Assembly: GCF_964194025.1 (NCBI RefSeq) | Contig: NC_134475.1 | Location: 25,420,001-25,484,000 of the forward strand | Direction: 5' to 3' | Origin: Convolutriloba macropyga | Lineage: Eukaryota | DNA length: 64,000 bases | Shown here: in pieces, positions 50,580-60,839 of the stretch | How the letters are laid out: each line of letters begins with the position of its first letter | How positions within the stretch are numbered: the first letter of the stretch is position 1 | The notes under the pieces: generated by a model | What the model saw: only the letters and a program-made list of their open reading frames with translations | Databases searched by the model: none | Told to the model about the DNA's origin: nothing | Translations under genes and position numbers: made by a program

Positions 50580-51640
50580 ATGTCTCTCTGCAGTGTTGAC
50601 AGTCACATGCAGACGTTTTCTGGTTTGTACCGCATCATGATATCATTCCAAATTTGCTTTAGAATTCTGTGTTTTGGGCCGTCTTGATTTCCGAAGTCAA
50701 TGCCGTGATGAAATCTGTTTGCTATCCTTTGTGTACGAAAGATGAATTCGCCGCGAGATTTTTCGATTTGTTTTTTCGTTAAGTCAAAGTAATCGTTTCT
50801 TCTCATTGATCTGTTTCCAGGCAGCACCGGCTGTTTTGTATTTGTCGGTTGAATTTGTTGAAGACTTGATAGTAGTAGAAGATCATTGTGCTGATAGTAC
50901 ATTGGCAAGGGTAGTAGATTTGACAAACCTAGTTGTTCGATGTAACTCAGTGTCTTGCTATTTGTTATCCAGGACGATTATTCGTTGAAATCGTTCTAAG
51001 TTTCTCATATCTCCTCGGTTTAAGTTACAGCACGAGGAACCGTACATTAGAACTGGCAGAATCATCGAAGTCCCAGTTTGATGCGCATATTTACTTTATT
51101 TGCTACGTTTCTTATCAGGGAATAGAAGACTCGGTTAGTTTTCTTCATTATTTCCTCTAAGTGGATTTTTTAAGTCAAATAGTATTGTATCCGAATCCCT
51201 AAGTCCTTTACACCCGCTGAGGTTTGGAGGAGACCTCCACTCAGGTAGAAGTGGCTTTCCTTTCCTTTGAACAAAACTTTAGCGCGTTTTTCAAAAGCTA
51301 GACCCATTTTTTTCGGGTGACTCAGTCTTCCAGTGCGTCGAGGTTACTCTGTACTTGGTCTGCTGGTGTTCCAATTTGGAGTATTTTTAGGTCATCCGCG
51401 AATATAAAGGGTTCGCCAAATCTGAGGGCATCTGGCAGGTCGTTGGTGTATATGCAAAAAAAAGATCGGCCCGAACAGTGATCTCTGTTGGACACCACTT
51501 GTCACTGGTAAATACTTCGATTTGATGTTCTCCACTCGGACAAATTGTTCTCGTCCGTTGGGATAGTCATATAAGACTTCAAGGAGACAACCTCCAGTGC
51601 CAGTTTGCCCTGCTTTCAGTTGAAGTTCGTAGTGGGGTAC
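50580..51640 (-). mobile_element. 5'-truncated CR1-like LINE fragment
   Basis: GREQFVRVENIKSKYLPVTSGVQQRSLFGPIFF, (F)ADDLK, LLPLPMYYQHNDLLLL, RGEFIFRTQRIAN. Confidence 0.8.
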
Positions 51641-51659
51641 ACGATATATATCATTGGGG

Positions 51660-51900
51660 ACCACGATATATATCATTGAGTTCAGCCCAGTTCCTGTCGT
51701 GTCTTCTTTTGAAGATGTTTAGACTAAGACAGGACGTAACCTCTTCTTTCAGATTGTTCCAATCTTTAGCCGCTCGCACAGTGAAGCAGTTCCGTCTGCT
51801 TTCGGCTCTTGCTTTTTTCGACACCACCTTCTTCTGATTTCCTCTAGAGATTCTGGCGTTAGGGTCAAACAATCTGTCACTTGCCCTGATAACTGGATAA
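51660..51900 (-). mobile_element. Extreme 3' fragment of a different CR1 LINE
   Basis: RGNQKK..RRNCFTVRAAKDWNNLKEEVTSCLSLNIFKRRHD, the typical CR1 ORF2 C-terminus. Confidence 0.75.
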
Positions 51901-52397
51901 CTGTGTGGATCAAATGTGACGGCTAAAATATCTCGACTTTTTGACTTTGCTTTACACCGGTCTAAAATAGTCGAGAATACATATATCATATCACGATTTG
52001 AAAAAACTCGATTTTTGATCTTGTTACTACTTCAAAGAGTCAAAAATGTGTTAACAGAGCTTCAAAATAGACAGAGCACCGAAACACTTTTAATACTTCG
52101 AATGAAGTTAGAAAATTTAACTTAGAAGGGAACAAACTACAATAGCATATAGACAAAATGTATGTGAGGTTTAATCAGAACAGTTACAGAAAGGTCGAGA
52201 ACAGTATTTACAAAAATGGTGGAAAAAATTAGTTCAATCGGTACCAGTTAAGAAATTGAACGAATTTAAAAAGGAGATGAGAGAAGTTCGGGTACAGCGA
52301 AGGGTTTGCTTTAAAACCAACAATCAACTTAAAGTGAGATAAAAATTATCACAACGTAAAACAAATCTAAAAGAAAATCAAATAAAGGAGTATCAAC

Positions 52398-55358
52398 TTA
52401 AAAGCCTCCCTTCCTCGACAACCGCCCCCATGGAAGCCCGACCGGCTTCAGTCGACGGAGCGAGCGGTAACCGCGCAGGCAGAGTACGGAGCTCCGGAGT
52501 AGCGCAAAGCTGATTTTCGTTCGGATAAACGTGATGATGTTGGCGTAGGAGTCGTCGTTCTTAAGGCTCAGTTTGCTGGCAACTTGCTTTATCACCCAAG
52601 TTGCTGAAGGTCCTGCTCCTCTTGAGCAAGAAAAAATCAACGGACTGAGAGTGCCCTTCTCAACATTTATAACTCGAGGCTCGTATTTCAATTTTTTGAT
52701 ATTTTCATGGTAGCTATACGCGTCTTCGATATTTTTCGTGCAGCTTTGGCAAAGGGGTTGAAGATTTTTACATCGAAAAACGTTTTTGTAAATCTGCTGT
52801 CCCAGAGACCATTGGCTTTAATATCCAATCGTGCGTCATCTTCAGTGCTGGTAGTTGTATTTGCAAAGGACTCACCTTGCAACGGCAGAAGATTAGGCTC
52901 GATTTCAACGTCAAAACAAATTTCCTCAAGCAGATTGTCGAAAGAGTCACGGATGTCGTTATGTCTTTAGTGGGTATACCCGCCTCTGGGACAGGAAAGG
53001 GCATGGGCATCTGTGATTGGCTAGCCACAAACACAGTTGGTCGCAAATTTGGGGTGCTCCCAACCATACCGAAGAGCAATACCATCTCGGAATTAAGACT
53101 CGGATAGATTGAAGTTATACTTTTTCATTGGCATGGCATTAAGCCAACATGAAGCCCCTTTTTTAGAGGCTAGATCGATTGCATACATTTTGTTTGCATT
53201 CAAGCAGTTTTTAATGCTGGATTTTTCCTCAATCATTTTCTGTGATTTATCTTTTCTGATCTTCTCAACTCTTTTTAATTGTTCGGACTCGATGTTTGAT
53301 ACGTCCCCGAGGAATAGCGGCTCTGAAATGGTTTTCGAACGTTTGTATTCGAGAATTCTATCTTCAGGGCGAATGATGTTGAGTTCACCTTCGCGTACGG
53401 GGAGTGAAAATATGTCGCGATAGGTTTCGTCATAATTTGTAATACATACAAGGTTAGGGATGAGGTGATCATTGATAATTTTCTCGGCTTCTTCCAACAA
53501 GTCGAACGTTGTCCTCGATAAGAAGGTTAATTTATGCTGCACAGAGTTCGTCATGCATTTGAACACATTTTGAGGTGCAATTTTCGCGTGTTTGGCTAAT
53601 TTTTGCTTTATACGTAGATAGTTTTGCTTTTGATCTTCTATGTATTGTCTGCAGGAGTCCACGTTTCCCATAACAGATCCAAGAACTCTTGATCCATCAA
53701 TAATATCTACTTCTCCACCTTTAAACACGTTTTTTGCGTCATTGACGAACTCTGCTTTGGTGATAAGATAGCATTTGATAACATTATAACCGAATGAAGG
53801 ACCATGCAGTTCCAACTTCGATAGAAGGACTTTCAGCACTTCGACCGATCCGCGGGGTTTCTGTCATCCGCGTACCATTTTTAAATCAGGTTGTCGTCGG
53901 AAACCTTTTCGATGAGGGGCAAAATAGCTAGTCCATACATTGCCATTGCAAGTGGGTCGCCTTGAGTAGTTCCCTCTCGGGATTGCAGAACTTTGTGAGA
54001 AACATAGGGATTAGATGGGGTCTCATAAGAACTGGATAAAGCCAGATAAAGAGATGGACAAAGAACTTCGATGTTTTTAGGGCTAAGTCTCTGTTCAAAC
54101 TGTTGAAGGCATTTTTCGCATCAATAAGGAGGATGGCCTGTGTCTCCGGTTGCCCGAAGGTCTCAAGTAGAGAGTGAAAGGCATGTTCAATGCCGCATCT
54201 TTGACCAGGACAAAGTTGGAGATTACCTCCGAGGAATTTGAGGTCATTTTTGACGCACGCAACAATGGCCCTACCAATGATGCGTCGCATTACCTCACCA
54301 ACGCCTATGGGCCGTACACCAGGGCATGACTTGCAAATGTCGTTTGACGTAGATTTGAACGATGTAAGGATGCGTCTCCATTCATTTGCATCTAATCCTG
54401 AGGGACCACGGCTGCCGTGTGTCTTCATGGCCGATCTACGTATTGCAGATGCGTTGATGCGATCAAATATAGAGTGGTGATAGGGTAATGTATTTAAATG
54501 GGGGTCTTTCACAACGTAGTCAAGGTTTGCAGTCTATGGGGCGGGATGCTTTTCAACTAATATGTCCATTACTGTTTTCGTTCTTAGTTTTTGATTTAGG
54601 GGTAAGACACCGCCCTTCGGTTCTTCGGTTAGACATCTTAGTGCATTCGAGACTTTTCCAGTTTCCATGTTTTTGTCGACTAGTTTGAATTAATTTGTTT
54701 CATGTTTATACTTCGATTTTGTAAGTCTGTCTTGTAGTCCTTTCGCTTCTAGAAATAATAATTCAAATTCGCAATGTATCCAGAGGTCGAGTCGCCTAGC
54801 TATGATTTTACCTACTGATCAATCGTTGCCCTTTTTTGTTCTAGCGAGGATGAGATGGGGCATGACCATGGCGGCTAACATCCCAGCTTCACTATTATGG
54901 TTAATAGTCTCACATTGTGACAATGCAACGCTGAGTGAAGCGACAATGCGATAGCCAACTTTATTTTTGCTTAAAATGAAAAAGACGGGTTTCCAATGAA
55001 CAATTTCTTGGTAAACGTTTTTGAGCGTTTCTTTCTTACCGGTGGTTAGATTGGACCAGAAGGCGGTAGCAGTGAGAGAATTAGGCGTATGGGGGGCAGG
55101 GGTTTGGGTGACATGGGTATGGGATACATGGGTATGGGAATCTGCGTTGTTTGCATTCGTGATTGCTGATGTGTCGGTGATTAACGCCTCGTGTGTGCGT
55201 GCGCTGGGGCAGTTTTCGCATTCGAAGTTGTCATGGTGTTCGCGCGCAAATCGAAGTCCGCTACATTGGACATGCATATAGGTACCGCATGAGTAACACC
55301 ATATACCCCTCTTCTTGAGGGGTTTGAGACACTTCGAGCAGTGCGTCTGCTCGGACAT
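52398..55358 (-). pseudogene. CRE-type ORF2: PHD - RT - zinc knuckle - RLE (frameshifted)
   Basis: ORF pieces 54819-55358, 53928-54512, 53093-53839, 52688-52882, 52398-52691; PHD CSKC..CYSC..HVQC..FECENC at 55209-55340. Confidence 0.88.
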
Positions 55359-55414
55359 GGGAACGGTTTGTCGAGGAAGGGAGGATAAATTGGTGAATTA
55401 GTTGATGAAAACTA

Positions 55415-55994
55415 TTAAGAATGAAGTATAGATGAGAATACTCGATTACCAATATGAGAAAAATGAACACCATCACGGCAAAACATGAAAGGCGATAGGT
55501 TAAAAGAGGGCGAGATAACATGAGGGAAACAGTAATGTAGCAATTTATAAATCGCGCAATTTTTCAAATATTGCTTATGGTTTATCAAACGATTGATTTT
55601 TGATGGGATGATTTTGGGGGCTATCAGGACTGATGGGTTGAATTTGTATCTAATAAGTTCAATTAGGAGTCTATAACATTCAATGAAATGAAAATTTTCT
55701 GTAGAATGATCATTGAAGCCATAAATTAGCGTCACGGCGAAAATTTAGAGGGTAGTATTGTTGCACAACATCAATGAGGTCCCGTATATTTGCACCGCGA
55801 AAAGAGTGTATTGTTGCGCCGATATCACTGCCCTTAATGTATTTCGTCCTTGAGGTTCCGGGCACAAGGTTCTTGACGTCCCAAGGGAGAAGGGGAGCTG
55901 TGAAGCGGGGTCGCATGGAGGGCCGAGTTGTTCCTGTTCTCCGAACACTCGGGTGATAGGGACATACAATGCTTGCCTCTAAAATTCTCTCCAC
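55415..55994 (-). pseudogene. SGNH/GDSL esterase-like ORF1 (~190 aa, one frameshift near 55740)
   Basis: Block I LVPGTS, block II SFRGA, block III YGFND, block V RDGVHFS..G in the correct order and spacing. Confidence 0.85.
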
Positions 55995-56315
55995 GGAGAG
56001 ACCATTCTTGCAAGACTTAGCATATCAAATCTATTTAATAAGTTTATCCCAACAATTAGTCTAAAATAGTCGAGGAAAGAGGACTGCAAGTGAACCGCTA
56101 GTACTGTAAGCTGGCCGTCCCCTGTTTGGCGGTCGTCCGTTTATTTTAACAATGTATCGATAACGCAAAGGAAAAGGAATGAATACCAATTTGTGCGCCA
56201 AAAATTTTGCCTATGCTCAATATTTTATTGCTCTTAATACTTCCTATTGTGCCGTCTTAGACTTGATCATTAGATTTAATTAGATCCGAATACCCGAACT
56301 ACTAAGCTCCAGTAG

Positions 56316-57098
56316 AAACCTCTTAATATATATCGTTGAAGCCGTATGGGCTACGGAAGTCTCACCTCTAAAGAATGACCCATTAGGAAAATTTGTGGCA
56401 ACCATGACCGCACAGGTCTTGTGGAACCTGAACTCAAATAGGCAGCGGTAAAGCAACCGAAGCCGGCGATTGTTTCATCAATTTCCGGAGTTGACTTAAG
56501 AAATTTTTCTGGACCGTCCTAATCACCTCCTACATTGAGTTCTAACCAAACCCAAATTTTGCTCGGTGTCTTAAGCTCAATTCTGTTCTCAAGTTAAAAC
56601 TGTTCTGGTCTTTCACCAGATTTAGCTAACGAAATCAAGCCTTAAACACTTCTCAATGACAATTGGACAAACTTTGTGGTTTCTACTAAGAAGTCACACC
56701 CACATAAGAAGTTGGAACAAACAGCAGCTACAGCTATTATTTCACAAGAAAATTAAATGGCGCCTCTATCCTCGCCGATCTCCAAATTTTGTTGAAGTAT
56801 GAGATAGACTAGTTTGGAGTTGCAAAATATTGATGATTGCGGTACTTATTGAACAGACTTTCAATACAAAACCACTGACACCCGCAAGCAACGGCTCTCA
56901 AAATTTTGAGTGTCTTACGCCTAAAAGTTTTTTTTTAGACGAGTGAATATACCAGCTCCATTTATACCATCAGCAGAGAAGTTTGCACATTTTCGAAAAT
57001 CATACAAAATGGCTCAATGCTAATTTGATCTGGCTGTGACGGTCAAAAGAGCGTCTATCCAAAAAGAAACTATCGGGGGAAGTGAAACAAAAAAGATC
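56316..57098 (+). repeat. Second copy of the 32184-33032 segment (conserved head + BEL integrase remnant)
   Basis: AAACCTCTTAATATATATCGTTGAAGCC... through GAAACAAAAAAGATC shared with the first copy. Confidence 0.9.
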
Positions 57099-57112
57099 GG
57101 ACTGTATTCTGT

Positions 57113-57500
57113 TCACGCTATTGGCCACATTACCAGCAACTTTAGAGATTTAGCATAAAATTTTTTCGATTTGTGTAGAATCGAACGAACAGCCAGTTGT
57201 TGAACTTTTTTCTGTCCACGCATAGAAGTTAGTGAGGGACACCATGAGAAAGATATGCAGAGCCGCACTGATAATACTAGAGAGATAAAAAGTTGCTTTT
57301 TTCGTAGGAAAGAAAGGCTAACCGGTATATTTCGCTTTAAGAAATTAAAAACGGTGTTCCAATTCCGTAGTTTTGCATGTCTAGATATGGCAGTCACATG
57401 AAACATTTGAGCAAACTTCAACACTAAATCACGAGGATTTGTAATAGTATTCAAGGGGTTGCCGTTTATGTCCCAAAGCGGTCGTTTATTAATAATGGAA
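57113..57500 (-). mobile_element. Degraded CR1-like LINE fragment
   Basis: RDLVL, VFNFLKRNIP, KKQLFISLVLS, WCPS, YAKSLKLL remnants of the post-RT region. Confidence 0.55.
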
Positions 57501-57829
57501 TGTCGAGTTTCAGTCGAATGTTGCGGAGGTTGATTGCGTGGGCAAAGAACCCTGGAGGTACCCTTGCCCTCAGAGTCCCGCATCGTACGCGGAGGCTTTA
57601 ACATGAGCGTTCATACACCGCCGTTCACGTGCCATATTTTTCAATAATGCGCTGGTAACGACGTCGCGCACTCTGTAACCGACAGAGGGGTGAAAACATA
57701 GCAAAATTTAAATTATATGCAGAAGACTCAAATTCTAAAAAATATTGCAGGAGAGAGCATAGACAGTTAGTAACCAGCGAGGGTATTGGTTTAGAAAATT
57801 AACCTTTGTTCGAAAGATTGATTAGCAAA

Positions 57830-58024
57830 TTTTGAGAAATGACCACAATCTTTAAAAGATTTTTAAGTACTAAGTTTGATAAACCCTGAAACTGACAACT
57901 GAGGGGAAGAAATTGAACAGAATTTTTTTGAGAAAATGACCACAATATTTAAAAGATTTTTAAGTACTAAGTTTGATAAACTCTGAAACTGACAACTGAG
58001 GGGAAGAAATTGAACAGAACTTTT
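57830..58024. repeat. Two-copy ~97-bp tandem duplication
   Basis: TTTTGAGAAATGACCACAAT...GAAATTGAACAGAA repeated. Confidence 0.9.
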
Positions 58025-58544
58025 TATAAAGCAAAATTAAAATATGTAGCATCCTAATTATATGATGTTGATTTCTCGGCAAAATAGTATTGGCCGCGAT
58101 AACAATTGAGTAGAACTTGATTTTTATTAAATCCAACAAACAGTGTGAATAATCTTTGAGTTCATTAGGGGAACTTCGATGAGAATTAAAACCTGCCATA
58201 AAAACAGCAATTCATATAAAATGAAAGCTGAAAATGAATAGAGCTACATTTGTTTATTGATAATTTATACAGATGAAGTCGAATTTGTTAGGTATAACCT
58301 GTTCGAGTTGAAAATGTTGTATCTGGGTGAGCCGATGTCAAGAAGGGTTGCATCTGGAGTTCGAGCCATCAAAATCACTACAGTAAAAAGGGGGTATAAT
58401 CCATCCCATGGACGGAAGAGTGAGCAGCCACTATTAAACATCACAGCACAGTATTCAAATTTACTGCAAAATGTTTTGTATTTCAAACTTAGAGCAATAT
58501 GCTAGGCTCAGTTATACGTTAATTACCTCGGCAGCCTCTGAAAG

Positions 58545-58800
58545 ATAATTGCGCTGGTGGGATGTTACAGTAGTGAACTTGCTTGCCCCTGCTCTCCTTG
58601 AGAGCGGATCGGTCGCCAACCCGGTCAAAGCAGATGCAGAGACCGAAAAACTAAAGCAACGAAATATAGAGAACTCGCTGAGAAAGGCTATTTGTTCCAG
58701 CCTATAGCTTTTGACGATGCAAGGATCTGCCTGGTCCTCCACCGAACCCAAAGCCGGCCCCTCTCTGAAACAACGAATCGTGGCGATTCATGTTTCAAAC
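58545..58800 (+). mobile_element. Short RLE endonuclease fragment of another CRE-type element
   Basis: WDVTVVNLLAP..A.AE.EK / KYRELAEKGYLFQPIAF..QGSA across frameshifts. Confidence 0.65.
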
Positions 58801-59623
58801 ACCGCGTGTGTAATAACAACTTTTCACGAGATTTTTCTTTGTAGCCTTTTAACGTTCTGTATTGAGTTGACAGTTGCAGTGCAACGGTTAGTACGGGAGT
58901 CTCATTATGTTAGTTACAATTTTACTTACGTTTTACCACGACTTTCAAGCCCAGAGATTACTTTTACATTCTTTGCCGAGCCACTATGTAGATTATCATC
59001 CCTTGTATCCCTTCTGAATTATTATGGAACAAAAAATTTCTTAAGTAGCTGCCTTAATCGTCCAATTCACAGGAGTGCGAAACTTGCAGAGTGCAAAACT
59101 TGCGTGTTGCAGAGGGCTCTATGCCTCCCATGCAGTAAAGCACGAGTGGAACAAAAGTACTTTTTCAATTTCCAAAATTCTTTGTCGATATTTTATATTT
59201 TGTTGCCTCGTGAAACTTGTATGCTTCCTTAATTTCTTTCACATCGAAGAAAGTTAGCTGAATCTGGACCCCCACAAGCCGTTTGCTTTGATGTCAAGTC
59301 AAGTGTTAATGATATAAAAAACATTACAGACATGAAACCATTTAATTTGTCTCACAACATGTAGGCAAACTGAGATACATTCAGGCACAGTTTGTGAATT
59401 GAGATAAATTCAGATAGCTTTTACTGGCAATTTAAATTGTTTGTTTTCTGTTCCTGCAATTGGAGTAGTTTGTTTTATAGATTGATATAAAACAGTTGTA
59501 AATGTAGTGGCCTTTGTCTGTTGACTTGCAAAATTTATCCTTTAGACAAAAGGAAAAAATGTTGATCAATATAGCCGGTAAATTTTTTTAGATCAATATA
59601 GCCTTGAATGGTGGGTGGTGGAT

Positions 59624-59932
59624 ATGAGAAGGATTCCGTTGTTTCGGCTTATCGTGTACACTTCTGTGTCAATATTCCTTTTCACAGTCATGTGGCTATT
59701 CCGTTTACAAGCAAAAAATCAAGAACTGCATGAGAGGCAATATTCGGCTTTGTACAAAATGATTCTGGATACGCAGTCCATGATGTCGAGAACGGGAATG
59801 TATATCAATCAAATAGAGGCAGTTATTGAAAGCACCAAGAAGCTTGATCTCCTGAAATTTAGTAGCGAGTTAGATGAGATTGATACAAGGTCCGCATTTG
59901 TTCCACCCAATATTCATGCAGTCATCGGTAAT
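59624..59932 (+). CDS. Probable first coding exon of a host type II membrane protein (Golgi glycosyltransferase-like N-terminus)
   Basis: Acceptor TTTTTTTAG at 59591, ATG at 59624, short basic tail MRR, hydrophobic segment LIVYTSVSIFLFTVMWLF, helical stem, open frame up to a GTAAGT donor at 59933. Confidence 0.6.
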
Positions 59933-60839
59933 GTAAGTGCATTATATTTCTGTATAACTGTGGCTTCATCGTAACCAAGCATATTTTTGGAAGCACCAGC
60001 TTCAGAAAAGAAACACAAATTTTGGCATGAAACGTTCATGCTCCCCCTGACGTACAAAATACAAATATCAAATAAAAGCTTCATGATAGAGCTGTGGGCA
60101 TTATACATGATCACATGCTGACCTACCGGAAAACAAAAAATATCTTTGCGCTTCTCAGGAGGTGCATCCAAGACTCAAGAACGCTTAAGAAGGTGGGAAA
60201 TTGTTGTTATACTTCAATAGGATCTGTGCCTCTTCAAGTAGTGCCTTTTCTTTGTTTATTTTATTAATAGCCGCGTCAGCAATTCCAGGCGGCTACTATT
60301 GAGCTCCTATTCTACAATTCCAAGAATTTGAATTGTATTGGGGCGCTGTCTTTTTTTTTAAGATCTGTTCACACAATTTCATGATTTTTGAAGTCAAATT
60401 GGAGTAGTGATTTTGTTCACGCCGAAGCAGGAAGTGGAGCGAAAAAGCGAGTGGTTTTGCGGCCTAAAATTTTTTTTCGCTCTAGTTGTAAAGTAGAGTG
60501 AGAGAACGGTGTTTGAACAAAAATGCGCTTTCTCGCTAGTGGTTTTTTTGTTCACATGCGGCAATTTTTTTGCAGTTAAAACTTGTCTGCGTGACGTCAT
60601 TTCTGCTTTTAGGTCGATTGCGTGACTTACCTCACTCAAAAAATGACCTCTGAAACTCACTTATGGAACTTTATTTTATGAACATTTACCAGTTAAAGAT
60701 CAATAGTGTGCATCTAAGTAGTGCCAAACTTATATGCCCTAATTCTTGAGTATTAGTGTTGAGTTTTTGATTTCGAAAATCAGTTTTGAAAAAGCTCTTT
60801 TAAGGCTTTTTCCTTATAGACCGTATGTGTATTAAAAAA

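Larger units (their letters stand above)
51976..56058 (-). mobile_element. Near-complete CRE-type (RLE endonuclease) non-LTR retrotransposon with upstream SGNH ORF and PHD finger
   Basis: GPSGLDA, GVRPIGVGEVMRRIIG, IDAKNAFNSLNR, EGTTQGDPLAM, WYADD, CVC..HALSCPRGG..RH knuckle, RLDIKANGLW..FFDVKIFNP RLE; bounded by the 16-bp direct repeat GTCTAAAATAGTCGAG. Confidence 0.88.

Noticed and set aside
50288-50687. Poly-Gln and poly-Cys ORFs
   Set aside because: Products of the (CAA/TTG)n microsatellite.
56075-56140. GC-rich structured stretch near the CRE 5' end as an HDV-like ribozyme
   Set aside because: A P1-like pairing (GACTGC/GCGGTC) and a TCCCC loop exist only on the strand antisense to the element; the P1.1 GG, J4/2 and P2 partner are missing.
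58257-58505. Overlapping opposite-strand ORFs as an exon
   Set aside because: No recognisable motif and no convincing donor site; cannot be supported from sequence alone.
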